From Capsulimonadaceae bacterium (GTDB lineage: Bacteria > Armatimonadota > Armatimonadia > Armatimonadales > Capsulimonadaceae): 64,000 nt of DNA. A program made the position numbers and the translations under genes. Below are positions 17,940 to 27,480 of the stretch, one piece after another. Under the pieces are notes generated by a model. It worked only from the letters and a program-made list of their open reading frames with translations, did no database searches and was not told the DNA's origin. The stretch is from the NCBI GenBank assembly GCA_965215505.1, contig OZ244065.1, positions 5,408,001 to 5,472,000 on the forward strand, read 5' to 3'. Position 1 is the stretch's first letter, and every line of letters begins with the position of its first letter.

Positions 17940-18770
17940 CTATTCTTTCCCGCCGCTGAACTTGGCCCCCTCGACGATGTAGCGCTGCATGACCAGGAAG
18001 ACCAGGACGAGCGGCAGGACGCCGACGGCGGCGGCGGCGAAGAGCTGGGCGAGGTTCAAAGTCTGCGAGCTGAGGAAGGTGGACAGCACGATCTGGACGG
18101 TCCACGCCGACGGGTCCTGGCCGATGACCAGGGGCCACAGGAACGAGTTCCAGCTCCCGATGAAGGTCAGGACGCCCAGGGCCACCAAGATAGAGGTGGA
18201 GTTCGGCAGCAGCAGACGCCAGTAGACGCCGAAGTAGCCCAGGCCGTCCAAGCGGCCCGCCTCCTCGATCTCGGTGGGGAAGCGCAAATAGAACTGTCGG
18301 AACAGGAAGATGGAGAAGGCGGAGAACAGGCCCGGCGCGATGATGCCCCAGCGCGTGTTCACGCCGCCCAGGTAGGCGGTGACGGCGAAGGTCGGCACGA
18401 ACGTCACGGCGCTCGGGATCATCAGCGTCGCCAGGATGGCGGAGAAGACGACGCCGCGCCCGCGTGCGGGGATGCGCGCCAAGGCGTACCCGGCCATGGA
18501 GGAGAAGAGCATCTGCAAGACAAGCGTGACGACCGCGATGACGGCCGAGTTCACCAGCCCGGTCAGCATCGGGGCCGTCGGGTCCACAAATAGTTTGGCG
18601 AAGTTGCCCCACTGCGGCGCGGCGGGCAGCCAGGCCCAGTGCGGCGAGGTGATCTGGTCGTCGGTCATCAGCGCGTTGCGGACGATCAGATAGAACGGGA
18701 CCAGGAACACCACGGCCAACAAGAACAAGAGGACATAGCGTGGGGCTTCGGCCAGGGAACGGGGCTTCAT
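17940..18770 (-). CDS. Carbohydrate ABC transporter permease (MalG-like)
   Basis: EIEEAGRLDG EAA loop, WNSFLWPL. Confidence 0.95.
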   Translation of the reverse strand: MKPRSLAEAPRYVLLFLLAVVFLVPFYLIVRNALMTDDQITSPHWAWLPAAPQWGNFAKLFVDPTAPMLTGLVNSAVIAVVTLVLQMLFSSMAGYALARIPARGRGVVFSAILATLMIPSAVTFVPTFAVTAYLGGVNTRWGIIAPGLFSAFSIFLFRQFYLRFPTEIEEAGRLDGLGYFGVYWRLLLPNSTSILVALGVLTFIGSWNSFLWPLVIGQDPSAWTVQIVLSTFLSSQTLNLAQLFAAAAVGVLPLVLVFLVMQRYIVEGAKFSGGKE

Positions 18771-18780
18771 AGGGTGCCTC

Positions 18781-19767
18781 TCACTTGTTCGACTCGCCGA
18801 ACCCGAACACGCGCCCCTGCACTAATGTGATGGCGACGATCAGCGCGGTCAGGATGAAGCCGCCCGCCGCGCCGCGCCCGAAATCCTGGCTGCTCAGGGC
18901 CAGCGTGTACAGGTAGACGAGCGGCGGGCGGGCCAATGAGGCGTTGCCGACGGACGACCCCGAGCCGCCCAGGATGTTGTAGAACTCGTCGAACGCCTGG
19001 AAGGCCGCGATGAGGTTCAGCAGCAGGACCGAAACCGATGTGGCGCGCAGTTGGGGCAGGGTGATGTGGCGCAGGACCGGCCAGCCCGAACTCGCGCCGT
19101 CCACGGCGGCGGCCTCGTAGAGCGACTTCGGGATCTCCTGCAAGCCCGCCAGGAAGATGATCATGAAGAACCCCACCTGGAGCCACAGTCGCACCGTCAC
19201 CAGCACGAGCCAGTACCACGGCGGGTGGGCCGTCCCGATCCAGGCGATGGCAGGGACTCCGAACAGGCCGAGCAGGTGGTTGGCGAAGCCGAACGGCAGG
19301 CCGTTGAAGAGGCTGATGCGCCAGATGAGCGACGCGACGACGTAGGAGACGGCGGAGGGGATGAAGAAAACGGTCCGGAAGAACGACTTGCCCCAGCCGA
19401 CGCGATGGACCAGCAGGGCCAACCCTAGGGAGATGGCGAACGTCAGCGGCACGATGAACAGGGCGAACAGGACGGCCGTCACCAGTGACTTGAGGAATGC
19501 CTCATCGGTCAAGAGGTCGGTGTAGTTCCGCAGGCCGATGAAGTGCTGCGGGTGGATCGTGTTCTGGGCGCGCGACAGGCTCAGGAGGAAGCCCCAAACG
19601 ATCGGCACGACCGTGAACATGAGCAGGCCGATCAGGGCGGGGGCCATGAATCCCCAGAAGGCCAGCGTCGCCGACCGGTCGCCCGTCGGCCTGCGCCTCG
19701 GCGCGGGCGGTCGCCGGAGGGCCGTCACCGCCGCCGATGGCTGTCTTGGGTCTTCGTTGAGGGTCAT
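18781..19767 (-). CDS. Carbohydrate ABC transporter permease (MalF-like)
   Basis: LAGLQEIPKSLYEAAAVDGA. Confidence 0.95.
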   Translation of the reverse strand: MTLNEDPRQPSAAVTALRRPPAPRRRPTGDRSATLAFWGFMAPALIGLLMFTVVPIVWGFLLSLSRAQNTIHPQHFIGLRNYTDLLTDEAFLKSLVTAVLFALFIVPLTFAISLGLALLVHRVGWGKSFFRTVFFIPSAVSYVVASLIWRISLFNGLPFGFANHLLGLFGVPAIAWIGTAHPPWYWLVLVTVRLWLQVGFFMIIFLAGLQEIPKSLYEAAAVDGASSGWPVLRHITLPQLRATSVSVLLLNLIAAFQAFDEFYNILGGSGSSVGNASLARPPLVYLYTLALSSQDFGRGAAGGFILTALIVAITLVQGRVFGFGESNK

Positions 19768-19821
19768 GTTGAGTCATCCGCAGGCTCGCTGCGTCAGAAA
19801 GAAGGGGCAGACACGTCTAAG

Positions 19822-19895
19822 AAGGGCGAACACAAGGTTCGCCCCTACGGGGATGAAGATGCCATATCGTAGGGCCAAACCTTGTGTTCGCCCTT
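19822..19895. repeat. GTAG-type REP doublet (REPIN-like)
   Basis: AAGGGCGAACACAAGGTTCGCCCCTAC at 19822-19848 and the inverted copy GTAGGGCCAAACCTTGTGTTCGCCCTT at 19869-19895. Confidence 0.8.
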
Positions 19896-19944
19896 TTGCC
19901 CGCCCTTTTGCCCGTACATTCGCCCGCATCCACTAATCGCTCCC

Positions 19945-21213
19945 TCATTCCAAAGCCCGCCGCAGTTCCCGCTCGCACTTCTCGGCGGCGGCCTGGACCT
20001 CGGCGGCGGCGGGGCGGCCTTGCTTCAGGATGTTCGTCATGGCGTCGGTCAGGGCCGTGCCCATGGCGGCGTTCCAGGTGGTCGGCAGGATCTGGCCGTA
20101 GGCGGCGAGGTCGGCGACCGCCAGGGCCGGGACCGGGGCGTGGAGCGCGGTCGCCGTCCGGGCGACGCTCTCCCGCGGCGGGACGTGGAAGCCGTAGGAC
20201 AGGCACCAGTCCTGCTGGAGACGCTTGTTCTCGACCCAAAGCCACCGGACGTAGTTCTTGGCCTCCGCCACCTGCGGCCCCTGCGCGTTGACCATCGCCG
20301 ACCAGCCGCCCAGGAAGGTCGCGGGCCGACCGGCAGCATCGAGCGCGGGCCAGGCCATGCCGCCCACGTCGTCGCCCAATGCCTTCTTGATGGCCGGGTA
20401 CGACCACAGGCCCCCCCACTGCATGGCGGCCAATCCCTGCGTCAAGGCGGACGGGTCCCACCAGTCCGTCGGTGCCCCGATCAGCAACGACCCAGACTCG
20501 TTCAGCTCGCGCACCTTCTCGTAGGCGAGGGCCGTGCGCGGGGTGTTGAAGACGATCATATTATCTACAAGGAAGTCGCAGCCCGCCGACCAGGGGGCGA
20601 TGCTGATGAGCGCATACACGCCGCCGTCGTTGCCGACGAACAGGCCCTTGCGGCTGCCTGTGGAGAGCTTCTTTGATGCCCGGATCAGCTCGTCCATCGT
20701 CTGCGGTGGCCCCAGCCCGGCGGCCCGCAGGAGGCTGGGGCGGTAGTAGAGGATGCCCGCGTCGTCGAGCATCTTGACGCCGTAGACTTTGCCGCCGACG
20801 CTGTTCATCGCCAGGTCACGCGCGGGGAAGTCGCGGCGCACGCCCGGCGGGAACAGGTCGTCCAGCGCGGCCACCTGGCCCGCCTCCACCATCGCCACCG
20901 TCAGCGAGCTGCTCTCAAAGATGTCTGGCCCGCCCCGAGTCAGCAGCGCGGTCGAGAGCTTCGTGCCGTAGTCGCCCGGCACCCAGACGACCTGGATGCC
21001 GATGTCCGGGTGCAGCCTCATGTACTCGTCGGCATACCGCTGGACCGCCTGCTGCGTCCCCTCCTCGCCGTACTGGTGGTACCACTGGGTCAGCGTGACG
21101 CGCTTGCCGGGCATCGCCGGCCGGCCGCACCCGGCCAGCAGCGCGGCGGCACCGGCACCCGCTGCCGTCAGGAACTCGCGGCGGCTGCCTTGCCATAGCG
21201 GAAACGCGTTCAT
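19945..21213 (-). CDS. Sugar ABC transporter substrate-binding lipoprotein (Tat)
   Basis: SRREFL, LAGC lipobox, SBP family 1 features. Confidence 0.9.
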   Translation of the reverse strand: MNAFPLWQGSRREFLTAAGAGAAALLAGCGRPAMPGKRVTLTQWYHQYGEEGTQQAVQRYADEYMRLHPDIGIQVVWVPGDYGTKLSTALLTRGGPDIFESSSLTVAMVEAGQVAALDDLFPPGVRRDFPARDLAMNSVGGKVYGVKMLDDAGILYYRPSLLRAAGLGPPQTMDELIRASKKLSTGSRKGLFVGNDGGVYALISIAPWSAGCDFLVDNMIVFNTPRTALAYEKVRELNESGSLLIGAPTDWWDPSALTQGLAAMQWGGLWSYPAIKKALGDDVGGMAWPALDAAGRPATFLGGWSAMVNAQGPQVAEAKNYVRWLWVENKRLQQDWCLSYGFHVPPRESVARTATALHAPVPALAVADLAAYGQILPTTWNAAMGTALTDAMTNILKQGRPAAAEVQAAAEKCERELRRALE

Positions 21214-21307
21214 GCTCCTTTAGTTCGAGAGGCGCACTGATATTTCCTCCCACCCAGGGAGGAAACTATTCTAAGGACGTTGAATGTAAGACAAGCGTAT
21301 GCCACCC

Positions 21308-22615
21308 ATGAAACATTCCCCTATCATTACCACTTTATCGTTACTGGCCGCCCTCTGGCTAGCGTTTGTCTGCGCTGGCTGCTCCCATCCACCCACCGAG
21401 CGCGGCGTGGACAAGGACGCGCAGGGCCGCATCGTCCTGAACTACTGGAACGGGTTCACCGGGCCGGACGGCAAGACGATGACGGCGATGGTCGAAAAGT
21501 TCCAGCAGGAGAACCCGGACATCCAGGTCAAGATGCAGCTCATCCCGTGGGGGACGTACTACAACAAGCTGACCCTGGCCCTGGCCTACGGCGGGGCACC
21601 CGACGTGTTCATCTGTCAGGCGCATCGGATGCCCGAGTTCGCCTCGTTCGACACGCTGCTCCCACTCAAGAGCCTGTACGACTCGTCCCAGCCGCCACTG
21701 ACCGCGTCGCAGTTCGCCAAGGCGCCCTGGCAGTCCTCGTTCTACAAGGGGGTCCAATACGGGCTGCCGCTGGACGTCTGGCCGATGGGGATGTACTACA
21801 ACGTCAAGCTGTTCAAAGCGGCGGGCATCGTGGATGCCCAGGGGAACGCCCTGCCGCCGCGCACCTGGGAGGAGTTCCTGAAGGACGCCAAGAAGCTGAC
21901 CAAGGACACGACGGGCCGGGGCCGGCCCGACCAATGGGGCTTCGTCGTCACCAACCAGGAGACGATCTTCCTGGCGATGACCGACCAGTTCGGCGGCGAC
22001 ATCCTCACGCCCGACGGTCGCCGCGGCAACCTGTCCTCGCCCGCCTGCATCGCCGCCATAAGCCGGATGCACGACCTGATCTACAAATACCATGTCGCCC
22101 CGCGCCCCGAGGGCATCGACTCCTGGCTCGCGCTCCAGCAGGGGAAGGTGGCGATGGGGCTGGAAGGGATCTACATGCTGTCCTCGCTCCAGGAGCAGAA
22201 GACTCAGGACTTTGCGGGTGCGCCGATCCCGCAGTTCGGGCCCGACACGGCCACCTGGGGCGGCTCGCACCTGCTCTGCCAGCCGCGCGGGCTGTCCGAG
22301 GAGCGGTCCAAGGCGGCCTGGCGGCTGATGCGCTATTTGTCCGACCACAGCCTGACCTGGGCGGCGGGCGGGCAGGTGCCCGCCCGCGAGGACATAGAGA
22401 AGTCGGCGCAGTTCCAGGCGCTGCCGGTGCAGGCGCAGTTCGCGCGGCAGCTCCCTTATGTGCATTACGCGCCCCTCGTGCCCTCCGACAACTCGCTGTT
22501 CCAGTTCGTGGACCCGGCCGTGGAGGCCGTGCTGCTGAACCTGCAAACCCCGGAAGCCGCCATGCGTGACGCCGACCGGCGCATCAATCAAACGCTGGAA
22601 AGGGAGCGTCAATGA
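21308..22615 (+). CDS. Sugar ABC transporter substrate-binding lipoprotein
   Basis: CAGC lipobox, WNGFTGPDG, GAPDV. Alternative start at 21299. Confidence 0.9.
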   Translation: MKHSPIITTLSLLAALWLAFVCAGCSHPPTERGVDKDAQGRIVLNYWNGFTGPDGKTMTAMVEKFQQENPDIQVKMQLIPWGTYYNKLTLALAYGGAPDVFICQAHRMPEFASFDTLLPLKSLYDSSQPPLTASQFAKAPWQSSFYKGVQYGLPLDVWPMGMYYNVKLFKAAGIVDAQGNALPPRTWEEFLKDAKKLTKDTTGRGRPDQWGFVVTNQETIFLAMTDQFGGDILTPDGRRGNLSSPACIAAISRMHDLIYKYHVAPRPEGIDSWLALQQGKVAMGLEGIYMLSSLQEQKTQDFAGAPIPQFGPDTATWGGSHLLCQPRGLSEERSKAAWRLMRYLSDHSLTWAAGGQVPAREDIEKSAQFQALPVQAQFARQLPYVHYAPLVPSDNSLFQFVDPAVEAVLLNLQTPEAAMRDADRRINQTLERERQ

Positions 22616-23598
22616 GCATCCCCATCGCCTCTCCCATCACCGTCCCCGTCACGCCCCACGCGCGGGCGGGCACGAGGACACGGCCCCAGCGCGCAGATAC
22701 GGCCGTCGGCCTGCTGTTCGCCCTGCCGCACCTGGTCCTGTTCACCGTGTTCCTGCTGGCCCCGACCGTGTACGGCTTCTGGATCTCGCTGCACCACTGG
22801 CACATCCTGGCGAAGACGCACCCCTTCATCGGCCTGGGCAACTACGGGCAGGTCTTCTCCGACGACATCTTCTGGATGGCCCTACGGAACACCGTGTATT
22901 TCGTGGTCCTGGTCGTCCCCGCCGGCAACCTGGTGTCCCTGCTGCTCGCGCTGGGGCTGGTCTCTTTGCGGCGGTTCCAGACGTTTTACAAGATCGTTTT
23001 CTACCTGCCGGTCATCATCTCCATCGCCGTCGTCGCGACGCTCTGGCAGTGGCTCTACAACACGGACATCGGCCTGCTGAACCTCTACCTGGAGAGCGTC
23101 GTGGGCGGCCTACGGCACCTGGGCCTGCCCCTGCCGCCGTTCGCCCCGATCCCCTGGCTGTCTAGCCCCGCCAACGTCATGCCCTCGGTCGCCCTGCTGT
23201 CGGTCTGGTGGGGCGCGGGCGGCAACATGATCCTGTACCTGGCCGGCCTGAACAACATCCCGGACGACTACCAGGAGGCGGCGCAGATAGACGGGGCGGG
23301 CGCGTGGCAGCGTTTCAAAGCCATCACCTGGCCGCTGCTGAAGCCGACCACTCTTTTTTGCCTGGTCTTCTCCGTCCTCGGCGCGTTCCAGGTCTTCGGC
23401 CAGACCTATGTGCTGTACGGCGGCGGGTCGGGGCCGGGCCGGGCGGGGCTGACATTAGCCCTGTACATGTTCCAGCAGGGGTTCGGCGAGTACCAGATCG
23501 GCTACGGCACTGCGGTCGCGTATGTGCTGTTCGCCATCGTCCTGCTGCTGACCCTGGTTCAGTTCCGCGTCCTGGCCCTGGGCGGCCAGAAAAACTAA
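22612..23598 (+). CDS. Carbohydrate ABC transporter permease (MalF-like)
   Basis: LAGLNNIPDDYQEAAQIDGA. Confidence 0.95.
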   Translation: MSIPIASPITVPVTPHARAGTRTRPQRADTAVGLLFALPHLVLFTVFLLAPTVYGFWISLHHWHILAKTHPFIGLGNYGQVFSDDIFWMALRNTVYFVVLVVPAGNLVSLLLALGLVSLRRFQTFYKIVFYLPVIISIAVVATLWQWLYNTDIGLLNLYLESVVGGLRHLGLPLPPFAPIPWLSSPANVMPSVALLSVWWGAGGNMILYLAGLNNIPDDYQEAAQIDGAGAWQRFKAITWPLLKPTTLFCLVFSVLGAFQVFGQTYVLYGGGSGPGRAGLTLALYMFQQGFGEYQIGYGTAVAYVLFAIVLLLTLVQFRVLALGGQKN

Positions 23599-23608
23599 GG
23601 GGAAACTC

Positions 23609-24451
23609 ATGGATACGATACGACGCGGGCAGTGGGGCCTGCACGCCCTCATGCTCATCGCCGCTTTCCTGTTCGCCGCGCCGCTGCTGTGGATGCTTTC
23701 GACGGCCTTGAAGTCGCCCGAAGACATCATCAACGGCCTGGGAACGGCGCGGTGGCTGCCGCACCCCGCGACCCTGGAGAACTTCAGTAATGTGCTGGCG
23801 AAGACCGAGGAGTTCCCCATCTGGCGCTGGACCGGCAACAGCCTGCTGATCTCGCTGGCCGTGACCCTTCTTGTGCTTGTCGTGGACTCGCTGGCGGCGT
23901 ATTCCTACGCCCGCCTGCGCTGGCCGGGCCGCGACCGCCTGTTCGGCGTCCTGGTGGCGACCATGCTGGTGCCGGGCCAGGTGCTTCTCATCCCCATGTA
24001 CCTGATCATCCGGGGGCTGGGGTGGTTCGACACCTATTGGGCCTTGATCGTCCCCGCCGGGGCTAGCGCGTTCGGCGTCTTCCTGCTGCGGCAGTTCTTC
24101 CTGACGATCCCCAGTGAGCTGGAGGATGCCGCCCGCATGGACGGCTGCGGGCCGCTCGGCATCTTCTGGAATGTCATTTTGCCGCTGTCCAAGCCCGCCC
24201 TCGCGACCCTGGGCATCTTCACGTTCATGGGGACCTGGAACGCCTTCGAAGGGCCGCTCATCTTCACCGACAGCAACGAGATGCGGACCCTGCCCATCGG
24301 CATCACCATCTTCCAGGGGCACTACAGCGCCGAGTACGGCCCGATGATGGCCGCCGCCGCCCTCGCCGCCATTCCGGTGACATTGGCCTTCCTGCTGCTG
24401 CAAAAGCAGATCATCAAGGGCATCTCGCTGACGGGTCTGGCCGGGCGGTAG
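23609..24451 (+). CDS. Carbohydrate ABC transporter permease (MalG-like)
   Basis: IPSELEDAARMDG. Confidence 0.95.
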   Translation: MDTIRRGQWGLHALMLIAAFLFAAPLLWMLSTALKSPEDIINGLGTARWLPHPATLENFSNVLAKTEEFPIWRWTGNSLLISLAVTLLVLVVDSLAAYSYARLRWPGRDRLFGVLVATMLVPGQVLLIPMYLIIRGLGWFDTYWALIVPAGASAFGVFLLRQFFLTIPSELEDAARMDGCGPLGIFWNVILPLSKPALATLGIFTFMGTWNAFEGPLIFTDSNEMRTLPIGITIFQGHYSAEYGPMMAAAALAAIPVTLAFLLLQKQIIKGISLTGLAGR

Positions 24452-24484
24452 AACACAGACTGCTTCCCTAAAGGGCAGACAGGC

Positions 24485-24877
24485 ATGGCACAAACGCGGA
24501 TCAACACGCAGGACTCTCGATTAACGCTGACCGTCATGCGCGCACCGTCACTGCTCGGCAAGGCCTTGGACCTCTTCTCCCATGATGAACAGGCAGGCAG
24601 CGTCTTTGTCTTCGACCGCAGCGACGACTCGCTCCGGCGTAACGGCAAGGCGCTCTGCGCGCTCAGTCAATTCCAGTCGGCGCGCATTGACAAATGGCTG
24701 GGCATGGAACCGGGCGGCGACCCGTCCGGCAGCCGCTACGGCCTCTCCCTGCTGCTGGTGGATGGCCGAAAGATCACACTCGCCGAGGCGTTTCAGGGGG
24801 AGAGTCTGGAGGAGATGAACCGGGTGGCCGATGCCGTTTCGCGGTATACCAACGTCCGCGTTCATCGGGAGGAATGA
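24485..24877 (+). CDS. Hypothetical protein
   Basis: Plausible ORF in operon orientation, coupled to the next gene. Confidence 0.6.
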   Translation: MAQTRINTQDSRLTLTVMRAPSLLGKALDLFSHDEQAGSVFVFDRSDDSLRRNGKALCALSQFQSARIDKWLGMEPGGDPSGSRYGLSLLLVDGRKITLAEAFQGESLEEMNRVADAVSRYTNVRVHREE

Positions 24878-25320
24878 AAATCCTGTCATGCACATTGGTG
24901 TTGATAGGCCTGTGCTTCATCCTCGGCCCTAGCTTCGGGCAGGACGGAGCGCATCACAGGTCTGCGCGTCCTGCCGCCCACGCGCGGCTTGCCGGGACCT
25001 ACACGCGCGTCAAGCGCTATGGGGATGAGAGCCGGAGCGCGATCCTCGCCATAAAGCAGAGCAACCCCGGCACTGTCAGGTTCGATCTGACGGCGCTCTG
25101 GTGGCCGGTAGGACGGAGCGATTCGCCGCATAACGGGGAGATCAAGGCGACGGTTCCGCTGCATGATCATATCGCGGTCTACAAGAATGGTGACTACCGC
25201 CTGACGTTAAAGTTTCGAGCGCGCACCGTTGTGGTGACGGAGAGCGGCAGCAACCCCGATTTCGGCGTGGGTGTCAGCGCGGCAGGAACCTACCGGCGCA
25301 CGAAAAGGGTATCTCGCTGA
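24874..25320 (+). CDS. Secreted hypothetical protein (beta-rich)
   Basis: GGAGG RBS, ATGA overlap, signal peptide MKILSCTLVLIGLCFILG. Confidence 0.65.
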   Translation: MKILSCTLVLIGLCFILGPSFGQDGAHHRSARPAAHARLAGTYTRVKRYGDESRSAILAIKQSNPGTVRFDLTALWWPVGRSDSPHNGEIKATVPLHDHIAVYKNGDYRLTLKFRARTVVVTESGSNPDFGVGVSAAGTYRRTKRVSR

Positions 25321-25370
25321 AGGACCTGGTTGGACGATAGGAGAGGGCGCGGTCAGGAGCAGGGATGAGG

Positions 25371-25445
25371 AGGGTCGGGACAAGCCCTACCCCTACCCCT
25401 ACGGTTGCGGGGCGTCCGGGTAGGGGCGGGGTTTACCCCGCCCTT
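25371..25445. repeat. GTAG-type REP doublet between convergent genes
   Basis: AGGGTCGGGACAAGCCCTACCCCTAC(CCCTAC) and GTAGGGGCGGGGTTTACCCCGCCCTT. Confidence 0.7.
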
Positions 25446-25453
25446 TCCGCCGT

Positions 25454-26179
25454 TTACCACGGAACAATGCCATCCTCGTCGAAGTAGCCGCCTGTCGGAC
25501 CATCGGCGGGCAGCGTGGCGAGGCGCACGGCGGCGGTCGCGCCCTGTTCGACCGTGCGCGGGCCGCTGTTCTGGTTCAGGTCTGTGGCCGTGTAGCCGGG
25601 GTCGGCGGCGTTCACCTTGATGGGCGTGTCCTGTAGCTCCGCAGCAAAGATCACGGTCATCATGTTCAGGGCGGCCTTGGAGGAGTTATAAGCCAGCGGC
25701 TTGACGCCTGCATATTGCCCGTTGGGATCGCTGTTCTGGGTGAGCGATCCCAGCCCGCTGGAGTGGTTGACGATGCGGCCCGCCTCGGACTTCTTCAGCA
25801 GCGGCAGGAACGCCTTGGTCACGGCGAAGACGCCGAAGACGTTGGTTTCGTAGGTGCGGCGCAGGGTGTCCATATCAAGGGCGCTCGCCGGGCCGCCGTC
25901 TAGGGCGATGCCGGCGTTGTTGACCAGCACGTCCAGCCTGCCGTGGTTGGCCTCGATCTGATGCGCGGCGGCCTCAATGCTGGCCGCGTCAGTCACGTCA
26001 AGGCGGACCGCGTGCGCGTCCGCCCCGCCCGCCGTAAGCTCGGCCGCCGCCTCTTCGCCGCGCCCCAGGTCACGCGCCCCAATCAAGACGGTCATGCCTT
26101 GCGCCCCGAGCTGCCGGGCGATCTCCTTGCCGATGCCTTTGTTCGCGCCTGTGATGAGGGCGATCTTCTTTTCTGCCAT
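25454..26179 (-). CDS. SDR family oxidoreductase
   Basis: TGANKGIG, NNAG, YNSSK. Confidence 0.95.
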   Translation of the reverse strand: MAEKKIALITGANKGIGKEIARQLGAQGMTVLIGARDLGRGEEAAAELTAGGADAHAVRLDVTDAASIEAAAHQIEANHGRLDVLVNNAGIALDGGPASALDMDTLRRTYETNVFGVFAVTKAFLPLLKKSEAGRIVNHSSGLGSLTQNSDPNGQYAGVKPLAYNSSKAALNMMTVIFAAELQDTPIKVNAADPGYTATDLNQNSGPRTVEQGATAAVRLATLPADGPTGGYFDEDGIVPW

Positions 26180-26291
26180 TGTGTCGGTTCTCCTTCTTGT
26201 TCGGCCAATTCCACAAACAGTATGGCACGAGGCGGAGCAGGCCGTCAGTCAAGTTTTTGCCCCGGTCAATCAGATTCCTGCTCTCTTCCGC

Positions 26292-27125
26292 CTACAACGA
26301 CATCCGGCGGCGGAACGCGGTAGGGGAGAGGCCGGTCGCCCGCTTGAAGTGCCCCGCGAGGTGGCTCTGCTGGGCAAACCCAACCTGCCCGGCCACCTGT
26401 CCGACCGAAAGGCCGTTTCGGCGCAGCAGGCGTTTGGCGGCCTCGACGCGGCACCCGATGACGAACTGATGGGGCGTACCGCCCGTCGCCCGCTTCCAGA
26501 GCCGGGCGAAGTGGAACGGGCTGATGTTCACAACGCCCGCGATCTCGGCCAGGGTGAGAGGGGAGGTGAGGTTTTCGCGCACATACTCACCGACCCGCCG
26601 AATCTCGCCGTCTGACAGGCCGTGTCCCGGCAACGGAGTCTGAGGGGAGCGGCCGTATTGCCGCAGCAGGTGCGCGGCGAGCGCCGTCGAAAGGCTTTCC
26701 GCGAACAGCGAGCCGTTGCCGCCGCCCGTCTCCGCTTCTGCTCTGAGTGCCAGACCCAGGTGCAGGAGGCGTGGGTCCGCCGCCCCGAAACTGTTGACGA
26801 GTTCGGGCGTCTCCCCGCCGGCCTGCCCGGCGACCCGGCGGAGGAGGCCGGGCGGAATCAGGATCTTCAGGGCATCGGCGGGGGTCTCCCAGCGCCAGCG
26901 ACTCGGCTGACCCGCCGGCATGAACAGCACATCGCCGGGAGGCTGCTGCCGCAAGAGCGCCTTGCCGCCCCGCTCCTGCCAGAGCGCAGAGGGTGCCCCG
27001 AGATTAATGTAGACGAAGTGCTGCTCCAGAGGCGGGAAATCGCCCTCGGCGGGGTCTTTGTGTTCGGAGGTGAGTGTCAGGCCGTCTAGGACGATCTCCG
27101 ATAATATCTTCAAGCCTTGCACCAT
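26292..27125 (-). CDS. AraC family transcriptional regulator
   Basis: C-terminal double HTH (SPFHFARLWK...VGFAQQSHL...F); start MVQGL. Confidence 0.9.
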   Translation of the reverse strand: MVQGLKILSEIVLDGLTLTSEHKDPAEGDFPPLEQHFVYINLGAPSALWQERGGKALLRQQPPGDVLFMPAGQPSRWRWETPADALKILIPPGLLRRVAGQAGGETPELVNSFGAADPRLLHLGLALRAEAETGGGNGSLFAESLSTALAAHLLRQYGRSPQTPLPGHGLSDGEIRRVGEYVRENLTSPLTLAEIAGVVNISPFHFARLWKRATGGTPHQFVIGCRVEAAKRLLRRNGLSVGQVAGQVGFAQQSHLAGHFKRATGLSPTAFRRRMSL

Positions 27126-27152
27126 GCGTGGATTGTACCCCCGTCGCACGAG

Positions 27153-27184
27153 AAAAGCCCCGCCCTGAATTGGGCGGGGCTTTT
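27153..27184. terminator. Rho-independent terminator (bidirectional)
   Basis: AAAAGCCCCGCCC-loop-GGGCGGGGCTTTT. Confidence 0.8.
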
Positions 27185-27310
27185 CACATTGTGACAGACT
27201 ACAGCGTGAAGGTGCCGTAGAAGGCGCTGTTCTCGCCGCCGCGTGTCCAGGCGTCGCCGCCCGTCCGGGCAGTGGCGCTGGCGGCCTAGGTGTAGCCGAC
27301 TCGGCGGTCG
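27153..27310. repeat. 158-bp imperfect direct repeat, copy 1 (decayed 3' end of DUF1326 gene plus terminator)
   Basis: Ungapped match to 29388-29545 at offset 2235; CAG>TAG nonsense at 27286-27288. Confidence 0.9.
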
Positions 27311-27480
27311 TCAGCCTTTCCGTGAACAGCGACCTGTTCCTTCTGCCTGTTTCCGCCTCGGTTTTCAATGTCAGGCCCAGGTGCAGGAGGTGCGGGTCGC
27401 TCGGTCCGAAGATGTTGACCCGTTCGGGGGCGGCCGTGCCGCCTCAAAGTCCCTGCACATCAAGCCCGTTAAAATCCTCT
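27311..27480 (-). pseudogene. Remnant of an AraC paralog
   Basis: Translates as PERVNIFGPSDPHLLHLGLTLKTEAETGRRNRSLFTERLTTA versus PELVNSFGAADPRLLHLGLALRAEAETGGGNGSLFAESLSTA in the adjacent AraC. Confidence 0.8.

Noticed and set aside
19822-19930. Possible CRISPR array
   Set aside because: Repeats are inverted REP pairs, not direct repeats with spacers; no cas genes.
27126-27368. N-terminal extension of the AraC ORF
   Set aside because: Reads through a terminator and the duplicated scar sequence.
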